Source: an uncultured Selenomonadales bacterium (GTDB lineage Bacteria > Bacillota > Clostridia > Christensenellales > QALW01). Taken from it: a stretch of DNA of 64,000 bases. This document shows positions 16,979 through 27,135 of the stretch, in pieces. How positions within the stretch are numbered: position 1 is the stretch's first letter; each line of letters opens with the position of its first letter. Below the pieces are notes generated by a model that had not been told where the DNA came from, did not search any database, and saw only the letters and a program-made list of their open reading frames with translations. The DNA lies in the NCBI GenBank assembly GCA_905200615.1, contig CAJKLB010000006.1, positions 9,266-73,265 on the forward strand. The letters are read 5' to 3'. Both the position numbers and the translations under genes were made by a program.

Positions 16979-18676
16979 TTACATTTTCTCCGGCGCATCG
17001 ATGCCCAATAACGCAAGGGCGGTTTTAAGCACATCGCGTGTGCAAAGCGTAACCAGCAAACGAGCCTGTAATACGGGTTCCGCCTCGCTGAGAATTCGAT
17101 TTTCAAAATAAAACTTATTATAACACTGTGCCAGCGCCGCGCTGTAACGGGTAATAACAGAAGGCTCATATTTTTCCGCCGCTTCTTTCACCACGGCAGG
17201 AAACGCTTCCAGTTTTGCAATCAATTCTTTTGAAGCTTCATCTTCCAGTACCGAGAAATCAGCCTTTTCCGCTTCACAGGCGGGTGCTTTCGCGATAACC
17301 GAGCAACAGCGCGTATGCGCGTATTGTACATACGGACCTGTTTCTCCTTCAAAATTCAGGGCTCTGTCCCACCAGAAATCAACATCTTTAATTCGGCTGG
17401 AGAACAGATCATAAAAAATCACCGCGCCGATTCCCACCTGACGGGCTACCTTTTGTTTATCCGCAAGTTCCGGATTTTTTTCATTGATGATATCCAAGGC
17501 CTTTTCACAAGCACGGTTCAATACCTCATCCAGGTATACCACATGTCCTTTACGTGTGGAGAGTGTTTCTCCCTCAAAGCTGACCATACCAAACGGCACA
17601 TGAATCAGGTCTTTCGCCCAAGGATACCCCATAAGCTCAATCACTTTAAACACCTGTTTAAAATGCAAATTTTGCTGATAGGCCACAATGTATAAGCATT
17701 TATCAAAATCATACATTTTTTTACGGTAAAAGGCCGCGGCCATATCCCGCGTAGCATAAATAGAAGCGCCGTCGGATTTCAGAAGAATGCACGGAGGCAT
17801 ATCAAATTTATCCAGCTTTACCACGTAGGCGCCTTCGGAAAATTCCAGCAGATTCTTTTCACGCAGTTCTTCAATCACCGCGCCGCATTTATCCTTATAA
17901 AAGCTCTCACCGGCGTAAGAATCAAAGTGCACATTCAGCATATCATAAATTCGGGCAACATCCTTTAAGGTAATATCCTTAAACCATGAAAACAGTTCCA
18001 ATGCCCCGGGATCATCGTCTTCTATCTTTTTAAACCATGCCCGTGCTTCTTCCTGCATAGCCTCATCCGCTTCTTTTTCAAAGCGTACATACAGCGCTAT
18101 CAGGGCGTCAACGCCTTTTTCCTCAACAACGGCTTTATCTCCCCAGTGATGAAAAGCACAAAGCAGCTTACCGAACTGTGTACCCCAATCGCCTAAATGA
18201 TTGATAGATACCACTCGATAGCCTAAAAAACGGTAAATCTTGGCCAAAGAATTTCCCAACACCGTAGTAGTCAAATGGCCGATATGGCAGCGTTTGGCGA
18301 TATTAATGGAAGAATAGTCCATACATATCGTTTTTCCGCATCCCTCATCAGAACTGCCATAAGTCTCGCCTTTGGAAAAAATTTCTTTCAGTACTGTTTC
18401 AGCGCGTTTGGCAGGATCGATAAAAAAATTCAGATATCCCCCCTGTACGCAGCATTTTGAAACAAAAGGCGGAAGAAGTAATTTTTCCTTTAATTCCTGT
18501 GCGATGACCGGCGGCGCCTTGCGCAATACTTTTGCAAGCTTAAAACAAGGAAAAGCGAAATCACCTAATTCCCTTTGCGGCGGAATCTCGATGTATTCCG
18601 CGCATTCTTCTGCACGGATACCGGTTGCCTCGGCAATTCGTGCGGCCAATTCATTTTTAAAATTCATATCATCCAA
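16979..18676 (-). CDS. argS: Arginine--tRNA ligase
   Basis: 565 aa. HIGH-type motif NIAKRCHIGHL. ArgS N-terminal and DALR anticodon-binding-like C-terminus ending in ...PEKM. Confidence 0.92.
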   Translation of the reverse strand: MDDMNFKNELAARIAEATGIRAEECAEYIEIPPQRELGDFAFPCFKLAKVLRKAPPVIAQELKEKLLLPPFVSKCCVQGGYLNFFIDPAKRAETVLKEIFSKGETYGSSDEGCGKTICMDYSSINIAKRCHIGHLTTTVLGNSLAKIYRFLGYRVVSINHLGDWGTQFGKLLCAFHHWGDKAVVEEKGVDALIALYVRFEKEADEAMQEEARAWFKKIEDDDPGALELFSWFKDITLKDVARIYDMLNVHFDSYAGESFYKDKCGAVIEELREKNLLEFSEGAYVVKLDKFDMPPCILLKSDGASIYATRDMAAAFYRKKMYDFDKCLYIVAYQQNLHFKQVFKVIELMGYPWAKDLIHVPFGMVSFEGETLSTRKGHVVYLDEVLNRACEKALDIINEKNPELADKQKVARQVGIGAVIFYDLFSSRIKDVDFWWDRALNFEGETGPYVQYAHTRCCSVIAKAPACEAEKADFSVLEDEASKELIAKLEAFPAVVKEAAEKYEPSVITRYSAALAQCYNKFYFENRILSEAEPVLQARLLVTLCTRDVLKTALALLGIDAPEKM

Positions 18677-18680
18677 TCCT

Positions 18681-19919
18681 TTATACCGTTTTTTCAGCAG
18701 TCTTTTTCTTCTTTTCGATTTCTCCCGCGCGGGTTAATGCGATTTTTGTCAATACGGGGCCGATCAGTTCATAGACCAAGGTGCCGCACAGAACGACCGT
18801 AACAATTTTATCCGAATAAGCCGCCATCTGCGGTTCTGCCGCTACGGATACGGCCATACCGATTGCCACGCCCGCCTGCGGTACCAAAGCCAAGCCAAGG
18901 TATTTTCGTATATTTTCCTGTGCTTTGACTACAGTAGCCCCCAAACGTGCACCGACATATTTGCCAACAGCACGAAACACTATGTATACAATGCCTACAA
19001 TGCCCACCTGCGGCAATATATCTAATTGAAGATTCGCTCCGGAGATCACAAAAAACATCATAAACAACGGCGGGGTCCAGCGTTCGATACCTTCAAGAAT
19101 CTGAACGGAATCCTGACGCATATTGGCAAATACCGCGCCGATCATCATACATACCAAAAGAGAGGAAAGCGGCAGCCAGCTGCTGATAATTTCCGTAAGA
19201 GCAATTCCCAAAAACACCGCGGCCAGCATTAAAGAAAGCCGATTCGCACGCGATTTAAAAAACTTCATACAAAGAGAAAGCACCGCACCGATAGCTCCGC
19301 CCAAGGCAAGAGAAATAATAATTTCCAGCAGTGGTACGGCGGCTACAGAATAAAAGGTAACAGCAGAGGCATCGTTAGCAAACACCTTTGCTAACGCAAT
19401 GCATACCGCAAAAATCATCAAACCGATAGCGTCATCCAACGCCACTACAGGCAGCAGAGCGTCCGTAACCGGTCCTTTCGCTTTATACTGCCGCACGACC
19501 ATCAAAGTAGCTGCCGGGGCCGTAGCTGCCGCGATAGCGCCAAGCACTAAGATCATCGGCACAGGTGCCTCCTGACCGCCAACGGCAAAATGTACCAGCG
19601 TCAAGCCCAGCATCACCATGACCACGGCGCCTACGGCTTCAAAAAACGTAATACAGATCGCTCTTGCCCCTATCTGCTTTATATGCTGCAGTTTAAATTC
19701 GCCGCCGATGGAAAACGCCACAAAGCCAAGTGCTACATTAGTAATAACCGTAAAGGAATCCAGCGTTTCTTTTGTTACCAAATGACCGATAAAAGGGCCG
19801 ATAAGCAGTCCGGCGAACAGATAACCGGTAACATTAGGCAGATTCACCAGTTTTACAACGCGTGAAAGAACCAACCCGGCAGCCAAAATAAAAAATATAC
19901 TCAAAAGCATGTTGTCCAT
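18681..19919 (-). CDS. Cation:proton antiporter (CPA2 / Na_H_exchanger family), no fused RCK/KTN domain
   Basis: 412 aa with about 12 TM segments. N-terminus ...VKLVNLPNVTGYLFAGLLIGP is typical of the Kef/NapA type. Stop lies 4 nt from the argS start. Confidence 0.8.
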   Translation of the reverse strand: MDNMLLSIFFILAAGLVLSRVVKLVNLPNVTGYLFAGLLIGPFIGHLVTKETLDSFTVITNVALGFVAFSIGGEFKLQHIKQIGARAICITFFEAVGAVVMVMLGLTLVHFAVGGQEAPVPMILVLGAIAAATAPAATLMVVRQYKAKGPVTDALLPVVALDDAIGLMIFAVCIALAKVFANDASAVTFYSVAAVPLLEIIISLALGGAIGAVLSLCMKFFKSRANRLSLMLAAVFLGIALTEIISSWLPLSSLLVCMMIGAVFANMRQDSVQILEGIERWTPPLFMMFFVISGANLQLDILPQVGIVGIVYIVFRAVGKYVGARLGATVVKAQENIRKYLGLALVPQAGVAIGMAVSVAAEPQMAAYSDKIVTVVLCGTLVYELIGPVLTKIALTRAGEIEKKKKTAEKTV

Positions 19920-19925
19920 CGTGTT

Positions 19926-20258
19926 TTAATTATCCAGTCCTTCCCAGAAAGAAACGGGCAAAGCAAACATAATGCCTTTTTTGCGCAAACCTTTTGTAAT
20001 ATCGCGTACAATTTTCTTTGCGTCCTCAAGCTTTTCTTCATCCACCAGCATCAAAAGCGTATGGTTACATTCATAATCCTGCGTAACCAATTTGCTGATA
20101 CTGCCGAAAATCGGCGCCGCATCAACCTGCGAATGCATCAGCGTGTGCTTTAAGCTGGTAGTAGGAATTACAATCCCGTTAAGGCCGTCCTCTTTCAGAC
20201 GAGAAAGCGTTTTTAAAAATTCTTCCGAATCCTCCAATGTAACAACCAAAAGCTGCAT
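19926..20258 (-). CDS. Small P-II-like (beta-alpha-beta x2) protein, function unknown
   Basis: 110 aa. By eye the secondary-structure periodicity is MQLLVVTLED / helix / GIVIPT / long loop / LLMLVDE / helix / IMFALPV. Lies 6 nt upstream of the antiporter gene. Confidence 0.45.
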   Translation of the reverse strand: MQLLVVTLEDSEEFLKTLSRLKEDGLNGIVIPTTSLKHTLMHSQVDAAPIFGSISKLVTQDYECNHTLLMLVDEEKLEDAKKIVRDITKGLRKKGIMFALPVSFWEGLDN

Positions 20259-20285
20259 TCTATCCGCCTCCGTTTATTTTTGTTC

Positions 20286-20315
20286 ATTATACTACCATTG
20301 CCGTTAAGCCGTCAA
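20286..20315 (-). promoter_or_regulatory. Sigma-A-type promoter of the P-II-like / antiporter / argS operon
   Basis: On the minus strand: TTGACG-N18-TATAAT, about 25 nt upstream of the RBS GGAGG. Confidence 0.5.
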
Positions 20316-20323
20316 ATCCTTCT

Positions 20324-20370
20324 TAAAAAAGGTCTGACTCCCGATATCTTCTCAGGAGTCAGGTTTTTTT
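20324..20370. terminator. Bidirectional intrinsic terminator after the aminopeptidase gene
   Basis: CTGACTCC-N13-GGAGTCAG, flanked by an A-run and a T-run. Confidence 0.7.
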
Positions 20371-21763
20371 ATTGGAAAAACGCTTGCATTGCCCGATATG
20401 CCATAAACACATCCAGCTTAGCCACCGTTTCAAACGGCGCATGCATGGAAAGTACCGGTACCCCTACATCCACTACATCAATACCAAGATTCGCAATATA
20501 TTTTGCCACGGTTCCGCCGCCGCCAAGGTCAACCTTACCCAGTTCCCCGATTTGCCAAAGCACGCCGGCCTTATCAAGCATAGCGCGTATTTTTCCCATA
20601 TATTCCGCGGAAGCATCGCTTGTACCTCCTTTACCGCGAGATCCGGTATATTTGGTGATTACCACACCGTAATTCAAAAAGGAAGCGTTCCGCTTTTCGG
20701 AAACATCCTGAAAGGTAGGATCTACAGCTGAGTTCACGTCAGCCGAAAGACAGCAGGAAGCCCGTTTTGCATCATCGGGTTCTACCCCTTGCATCCGCGC
20801 GATATCGGAGATCACGTATTCAAGGAATTGGGAATTCAGGCCGGTATTGCCGTCAGAGCCCGTTTCCTCTTTATCCGCCAAAACACAAATAACGGTTTTT
20901 TCGGGCATCTTTGCTTCTAAGCAGGCCATCAGCGCTGGATATGCGCAGACTCGGTCATCATGGCCGTAGGCACCGATCATCGAGCGGTCAAAACCAATGT
21001 CCCTTGCCGGATACGCCGGTACGAGCTCCAGCTCCGCCGAAAGAAAATCACTTTCGGTAACCCCGTATTTTTCAAACAAAATGGACAAAATATTCAGTTT
21101 CACAAGTTCGCTGCCCTTATCACTTTTAAAGGGATGACTTCCCACTAAAACATTGAGTTCCTCTCCCTTGATACCGTCACCGAGCGATCGCTTGTTCTGT
21201 TCCTGCGCCAGATGCGGCAAAAGGTCATTAATAACAAAACAAGGTTCATCCTCTTTTTCGCCGATACTTACCTCTATAACACTGCCGTCTTTTTTCACAA
21301 AAACGCCGTGCAGTGCCAAAGGCATTACCGCCCACTGATATTTTCGAATGCCGCCGTAATACCGTGTTTTTAAAAGCGCCAGTTCAATTTCCTCATACAA
21401 TGGATTGGGCTTAAGATCCAAACGGGGAGAATCGATATGCGCCGCGCCGATATGCATACCGGCGGAAGCGTCCTGTCTGCCCAGCACAACAAAAGCGGCG
21501 GATTTTCCCCGGTTATTGATGTAAAAACGGTCTCCGCTTTGATAGCGCGCCCCTTTTTCAAACGGTTGAAACCCCGCTGCTTGCGCGAGTTTTACCGCCT
21601 CTTTTACGGCTTCCCGCTCTGTTTTTGCATGATTCAAATACTGTTTATACCCTTCACAGAATTGATCCGCTTGAACAAGCTCTTCTTCACTGACCTTTTG
21701 CCGTCCGTGAGTCCGTTGGCAGAACAGCTTTTTTTTCAATTCTTCTATTTTGTTTTCCTCCAT
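20369..21763 (-). CDS. M18 family aminopeptidase
   Basis: 464 aa with HIDSPRLDLKP, GHDDRVC, ADKEETGS and VDVGVPVLSMHAP motifs characteristic of M18/M42-type metalloaminopeptidases. Confidence 0.85.
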   Translation of the reverse strand: MEENKIEELKKKLFCQRTHGRQKVSEEELVQADQFCEGYKQYLNHAKTEREAVKEAVKLAQAAGFQPFEKGARYQSGDRFYINNRGKSAAFVVLGRQDASAGMHIGAAHIDSPRLDLKPNPLYEEIELALLKTRYYGGIRKYQWAVMPLALHGVFVKKDGSVIEVSIGEKEDEPCFVINDLLPHLAQEQNKRSLGDGIKGEELNVLVGSHPFKSDKGSELVKLNILSILFEKYGVTESDFLSAELELVPAYPARDIGFDRSMIGAYGHDDRVCAYPALMACLEAKMPEKTVICVLADKEETGSDGNTGLNSQFLEYVISDIARMQGVEPDDAKRASCCLSADVNSAVDPTFQDVSEKRNASFLNYGVVITKYTGSRGKGGTSDASAEYMGKIRAMLDKAGVLWQIGELGKVDLGGGGTVAKYIANLGIDVVDVGVPVLSMHAPFETVAKLDVFMAYRAMQAFFQ

Positions 21764-21851
21764 AAAAAATCCCTCCTGTTTTTATTGATACACCTTTCAT
21801 TATTCACGTTATTAAAGCAAAACAAACTAAAATCAACAGTTTTTTTAATTT

Positions 21852-22742
21852 TTACTGCTCCGGCTTCATTTTTTCGGCTTCCTCCGGCACAAAAAGCGAA
21901 ATCGCGTCGGCAATGCGGGCAAACTGCGGCAAGTCTAAGGCCTCGCCCCGAATATTCTGCTGCAGACCGCACTGTTCTAAAATTTCTTCCGCCTGCGGTC
22001 TTGTAAGAGAAAATGCCGCGATCAGATTATTGACCAATGTTTTGCGGCGCATCGAAAAAGCCGCATGGATCACGCGAAAGAGTCTGTTTTCGCTTTGTAC
22101 CGCTACCGGCGGTTTTTGCAGTTTTTCCAGCCGAATCACCTGTGAATCCACCTTCGGCGGCGGATAAAAGCAGGAGGCGGGAATCTTGGAGCATAAAACA
22201 GGTTTGGTATAATACTGTACGGCGCAGCTTAATGCTCCATACTCCGGCGTATTTTCCCTTGCCGCCATTCGCAGAGCGACCTCACGCTGTACCAGAACGG
22301 TGATTGTTTGAAAAGGCACTCCGCTTTCCAACAGCCGCATGATAATAGGTGTGGTAATATAATAAGGCAAATTTGCCGTCACCGCAAAATTTTCCGTCAG
22401 CTCTTGCTGAAACAATTGATGAATATCCAGCTTTAAAAAATCGGCGTGAATCACCTGAATATTCTCAAAACCGTCCAGTGTAATACGATGCACCGGAAGC
22501 AGTGCTCCGTCCACTTCCACCGAAACCACTTTTTTTACCCGCCGGGCAAGCACACGCGTCAGTGTTCCCGCGCCGGTACCGATTTCCAATACTGTTTGCT
22601 CCGGAAAAAGACAGGCATCATCGGCAATTTTATTTAATATTCGCTCATCGGCAAGGAAGTTTTGTCCAAGAGATTTGGAAAAACCAAAGCCACAGCCTTC
22701 CAAGATTCCCCTCAGCTCTCTTCCGGTCAGTTTCTCTATCAT
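21852..22742 (-). CDS. rsmA: 16S rRNA (adenine1518/1519-N6)-dimethyltransferase
   Basis: KSLGQNFL and the SAM motif VLEIGTGAGTLT. Start placed at ATG 22742 (GGAG 8 nt upstream). Confidence 0.9.
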   Translation of the reverse strand: MIEKLTGRELRGILEGCGFGFSKSLGQNFLADERILNKIADDACLFPEQTVLEIGTGAGTLTRVLARRVKKVVSVEVDGALLPVHRITLDGFENIQVIHADFLKLDIHQLFQQELTENFAVTANLPYYITTPIIMRLLESGVPFQTITVLVQREVALRMAARENTPEYGALSCAVQYYTKPVLCSKIPASCFYPPPKVDSQVIRLEKLQKPPVAVQSENRLFRVIHAAFSMRRKTLVNNLIAAFSLTRPQAEEILEQCGLQQNIRGEALDLPQFARIADAISLFVPEEAEKMKPEQ

Positions 22743-24625
22743 GCGTTTAACTCCATCCATTTCTCCATCGCATCACACAGCGCTTCTTCTGCTGCTCGAT
22801 ATTCATTCTGCGCTGATAAAAGTTCCTGAGGCCGCTGATAAATCTCTGCAGAAGCAAATACTTCCTCCAGGGCCGTCTTTTGCTGTTCCAATGCGGATAT
22901 CTTTTTTTCCAGTTCCTGAATCCGGAGCTTTTTGTTTTTGATTTCCTCGCGGTCAGCCTTTTCCTTTGCCCGGCTTTTCGCCTGCCGGGTCTTATTGATA
23001 CTCTGCTGTTGAGAAACTTCTTCCCGGTTTCTGACGCTGGCAAGATAATCATCATAACTGCCCGAAAATACTTCTATTTTTCCGTCTTTAACGATCCAAA
23101 GAATATCCGCGATCCGGTTGATGAAATAACGGTCATGCGATACCGCGATCAAAGTACCTTCAAAGCGTTCAAGCGCGTCCTCCAAAACCTCACGCGAATC
23201 CATATCCAGATGGTTTGTCGGCTCATCGAGCAGCAGCGTATTGCTGCCGGAAACGGAGAGGCGACACAGCGCGCAGCGAGCTCGCTCGCCGCCGGAGAGA
23301 ACTTTTCCCGGTTTCAATACCTCCTCGCCGAAAAAAAGCATAGCGGCACAACGGGAACGAACCTGTGTTTGATTCAGTCTTCTATTGCCCGCCCAAACCA
23401 TATCCATTACCGTTTCATCCCCCATAAAAGCCTTATGCCCTTGCTCATAATAACCGATATCCACATGGACTCCCCGGAGAATTTCTCCCTTATCCGGTAC
23501 CTGCCGGCCTAACAGAAGGTTCAAAAGTGTTGTTTTACCTGTGCCGTTAGGGCCGATAATTACAATCTTTTGTCCTTTCTTGATATCCGCGTCAAAGTTT
23601 TGGAACAGAGTTCTTTGTCCGAACGCTTTTGCAAGACCGCGCACGGTAAAAACATCGCCGCCGGATGTACGGGCGCAATCGAAACGAAGACGCATATCCT
23701 CATGCTGCTGAGGCGCATCAATCAGCTCCATACGCTCTAAAGCCTTTTCGCGGCTTTCCGCGGCACGAATGGATTTTTCACGGTTAAACTGCCGAAATCT
23801 TGCGATAATGGCTCGCTGCCGCCGGATTTCCTCCTGCTGACGGTCAAACTGTTTTTGCGTAATGCGCAGTTCTTCTTCCCATTTTCGGCAATAATCCGTA
23901 TAATTTCCCTTAAAGAAACGCAGCCTGCCATTTTCAATCTGCGCCACCCCTGTACAGAGTTTATCCATCATATATCGGTCATGGGAAATCAGCAATACGG
24001 TACCGTCAAAATGGGCAAGATAATCGGTAAGCCATTGCGCCGCCTCCAAATCCAAATGATTTGTCGGTTCGTCCAGCAGCAAAACATCATTGTTTTCCAG
24101 CAAAAGCCGAGCTAAAGCCAGCCGCGTCTTTTCACCGCCGGAAAGCGTGTCTACCGGTTTATCCCAAAACGCCTCCCCAAGCCCCAGCCCTTTGAGCACT
24201 CCCTGCAGCTGGCTTTTCCAGCCGTAACCGCCCAAAGCTTCATATTCATCCAAAGCACGCTGATATTTTTCTCCCAGCTCGCTTAAATCTTCCGAACAGC
24301 TCATCTGCTGTTCAATCCGATGCATGCGTTCTTCTGCCTGAAACAAAGGTTCAAAGCTCTTTTTTGCTTCTTCCAGCACCGTATGGCTGCCGACGGCCTG
24401 ATGCTGCTGTTCCAAATAACCTATTCGGCAGTTTTTGGCCACGGAAACCGTACCGGCGCTGCCCTCCTGCCGCCCTAAGATGACCCGCATCAGGGTAGTT
24501 TTACCCGCGCCGTTTCGTCCGGTCAGCCCTACGCACTCCCCTTTTTGCACCGTAAAGGTAGCGTCTGAAAAAATCTCTCGGCCGTCAATGGCCACCGTTA
24601 AATGATTGATATCGATTAAAATCAT
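22739..24625 (-). CDS. ABC-F family ATPase (tandem ABC domains, no TM domain)
   Basis: Two Walker A motifs (GRNGAGKTT, GPNGTGKTT), two LSGGE signatures, and a C-terminal coiled coil. Confidence 0.9.
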   Translation of the reverse strand: MILIDINHLTVAIDGREIFSDATFTVQKGECVGLTGRNGAGKTTLMRVILGRQEGSAGTVSVAKNCRIGYLEQQHQAVGSHTVLEEAKKSFEPLFQAEERMHRIEQQMSCSEDLSELGEKYQRALDEYEALGGYGWKSQLQGVLKGLGLGEAFWDKPVDTLSGGEKTRLALARLLLENNDVLLLDEPTNHLDLEAAQWLTDYLAHFDGTVLLISHDRYMMDKLCTGVAQIENGRLRFFKGNYTDYCRKWEEELRITQKQFDRQQEEIRRQRAIIARFRQFNREKSIRAAESREKALERMELIDAPQQHEDMRLRFDCARTSGGDVFTVRGLAKAFGQRTLFQNFDADIKKGQKIVIIGPNGTGKTTLLNLLLGRQVPDKGEILRGVHVDIGYYEQGHKAFMGDETVMDMVWAGNRRLNQTQVRSRCAAMLFFGEEVLKPGKVLSGGERARCALCRLSVSGSNTLLLDEPTNHLDMDSREVLEDALERFEGTLIAVSHDRYFINRIADILWIVKDGKIEVFSGSYDDYLASVRNREEVSQQQSINKTRQAKSRAKEKADREEIKNKKLRIQELEKKISALEQQKTALEEVFASAEIYQRPQELLSAQNEYRAAEEALCDAMEKWMELNA

Positions 24626-24698
24626 ATTCTTCTTCCATTGTTTGCTTAGAAATAAAAAAGCCAAAAAATCCGCCTAAAAATTTTAGGCGGATTTCGAA

Positions 24699-26252
24699 TT
24701 ATTTTGCGTACTCAACCTTTCGCGTTTCACGAACAACATTTACTTTTATCTGGCCGGGATACACCATATCGGTTTCAATACGCTTGGCAATTTCCTTTGC
24801 CATAAGCACTGTAGCCTCTTCGGAAACCACCTCAGGCTTAACGATAATTCTGACTTCACGCCCCGCCTGCACCGCAAAAGATTTTTCAACACCTTCAAAG
24901 GAATTCGCGATTTCTTCCAGTTGTTCCAGCCGCTTTATATAAGCTTCCAGCGTTTCTCTTCTGGCACCGGGCCGCGCGCCGGAAATCGCATCGGCGGCCT
25001 GAACCAGCACCGCTTCAACGGTCTGCGGTTCAATATCGTTATGATGCGCCGCGATACAGTGGACGACTTCATTGCTTTCACGATATTTTTTTGCAAGATC
25101 CACACCGATTTGAATATGCGTACCTTCCACCTCGTGATCCACAGCCTTTCCGATATCATGCAGCAGACCCGCGCGCTTGGCAAGAGTAATATCCGCTCCG
25201 ATTTCTCCCGCCAGAAGTCCCGCAATATAGGAGACCTCCAAAGAATGCTTCAAAACATTCTGACCATAGCTTGTCCTGTACTTCAAGCGGCCTAAAATTT
25301 TTACCAGTTCAGGATGAATATTATGAATACCCGCATCAAAAACAGTAGCCTCGCCGGCCTCCTTAATTTGCTGTTCCACTTCACGCCGCGCTTTTTCCAC
25401 CATATCTTCAATACGGGTAGGATGGATTCGGCCGTCCACAATCAATCTCTCTAAGGCAATACGCGCAATATCTCTGCGGATCGGGTCAAAACTGGAAAGA
25501 ATCACAGCCTCCGGCGTATCGTCAATAATCAGTTCCACGCCTGTAGCGGTTTCAATCGCCTTGATATTACGGCCCTCCCGGCCGATGATCCGCCCCTTCA
25601 TTTCATCGTTGGGAAGTGCCACAACCGAAACGGTAGTTTCCGCCACGTGATCAGCCGCGCAGCGCTGAATCGCCATGGTAATAATATTACGCGCGATCTT
25701 TTCGCCTTCGGCTTTAGCCTGCGCCTCAATATCCCGTACTAAAATAGCCGCGTCATGCCGGGCTTCATTCTCCACAGATTTCACAAGAGATTGTTTTGCC
25801 TCTTCGCTGGTAAGACCCGCTACTTTTTCAAGTTCAGCCAATCTGCGGCTGTTCAGTTCCTCCGCGCTGGCCAGCGTTTCTTCCAGTTCTTTTTCCTTTT
25901 TAGAAAAACGTTCCTCCTTTGCTTCTAAAGAAGAAAGCTTTTTATCAATTTGCTCTTCCCTTTGCAGCACTCTTTTTTCTAACTTTGTAACTTCATTTCT
26001 TCTTTCACGGCAATCGGCGTCGCATTCACTGCGAAGCCGATGGACTTCCTCCTTTGCTTCGGCAATCCGTTCCTTGGATAAAACCTCTGCCCGAGTTTTG
26101 GCATCTTCGATCAGGCGGTTAGCGACATCCTCTGCTCTTCCCATACGCGCCTGAATCGACCGTTTTTGAATAAAACTGCCGGCCAGCAAGCCCACTGCAA
26201 GTGCGCCTACCGCGGCAATGACAATCCATACCCATGGTTCCATCTTTTGCAC
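24699..26252 (-). CDS. rny: Ribonuclease Y
   Basis: N-terminal TM helix, coiled coil, KH domain ([13 protein letters not shown]) and HD domain (LLHDIGKA). Confidence 0.93.
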   Translation of the reverse strand: MQKMEPWVWIVIAAVGALAVGLLAGSFIQKRSIQARMGRAEDVANRLIEDAKTRAEVLSKERIAEAKEEVHRLRSECDADCRERRNEVTKLEKRVLQREEQIDKKLSSLEAKEERFSKKEKELEETLASAEELNSRRLAELEKVAGLTSEEAKQSLVKSVENEARHDAAILVRDIEAQAKAEGEKIARNIITMAIQRCAADHVAETTVSVVALPNDEMKGRIIGREGRNIKAIETATGVELIIDDTPEAVILSSFDPIRRDIARIALERLIVDGRIHPTRIEDMVEKARREVEQQIKEAGEATVFDAGIHNIHPELVKILGRLKYRTSYGQNVLKHSLEVSYIAGLLAGEIGADITLAKRAGLLHDIGKAVDHEVEGTHIQIGVDLAKKYRESNEVVHCIAAHHNDIEPQTVEAVLVQAADAISGARPGARRETLEAYIKRLEQLEEIANSFEGVEKSFAVQAGREVRIIVKPEVVSEEATVLMAKEIAKRIETDMVYPGQIKVNVVRETRKVEYAK

Positions 26253-26330
26253 CTCCTATAAAAATGTATTTTACTATCCGGAATTGTAGATATGTTAATA
26301 AAGAAATTGAAAAGTTTACATTATTGTTTT

Positions 26331-26359
26331 ATTATACATGGTTCCGGGCCAAATGTCAA
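26331..26359 (-). promoter_or_regulatory. Consensus sigma-A promoter of rny
   Basis: On the minus strand: TTGACA-N17-TATAAT, about 75 nt upstream of the rny ATG. Confidence 0.6.
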
Positions 26360-27083
26360 TTGCTATATGGGGAAATAGGAGCTATATGTTGTATAGGTTA
26401 CAAGGATATAAAAAAGCAAATAAGGAAGATCCCGGTCAAGTTCCGTTGAAAAGAAGCAAAGGAATACAACGATATCGTCTGTCAAAAAAAACAGTTCCTT
26501 AAACAAACGATGATTCGGGATTCTTTGAAACATAAATTCTTTACCGGGCCGCAATCGATAAAATACAGTGGATTTGGTCCCCGAAAGGCTTTTACGGAAC
26601 AAAGCACTGATTCTTTCTCCGTATTTTGAAACATACGGTTAAAAAATTTTACATTTTCATTTGTCTTTCAACTTACTCTTTTCATTTACTCGCGCCCGCA
26701 GCCATAAAATATCCTCTTAAGAACAAGTACCAGCGTAAAAATATTGTATTTTTTATCTCATTATGTTATGAGCCAAATGCATTTACTTATTTCTTGTTAA
26801 AAAACGGATCTCTTGCCTTTCCCGATGAAAGCGAGAAAAAAAGAATTTGTAGTATTGTTTGGGAAAATTAAAGCGGTGTACCCAAACTGATTTTCGGTTC
26901 AGGGATTTATGATTGTTTTACGCAAACGGTTAAACAGCAGAAAAAAAGCTTTATAGCGGTGATCCCGTAAAAGATACCGGTTTATCTCCTTTTGAACATT
27001 GTTTTTAGAATGACGCAGCAGCAGATTTTTTCAAAACAGCAAATAAACCGCTCTTTCAAAGAAATTCTCTGTAAAGGATTTTC

Positions 27084-27128
27084 TAAAAAAAGGGTTGCCG
27101 TCCGCTTACAGCCGGCAACTCTTTTTAT
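27084..27128. terminator. Bidirectional intrinsic terminator after the Na/Pi transporter gene
   Basis: AGGGTTGCCG-N12-CGGCAACTCT, flanked by an A-run and a T-run. Confidence 0.7.
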
Positions 27129-27135
27129 AAAATTT

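Noticed and set aside
26363-26871. ORFs 26363..26602 (minus) and 26626..26871 (plus) in the rny upstream gap
   Set aside because: They have no RBS and a Phe/Leu/Tyr-rich, AT-driven composition, with no recognisable motif. The region is kept only as an unexplained non-coding gap.
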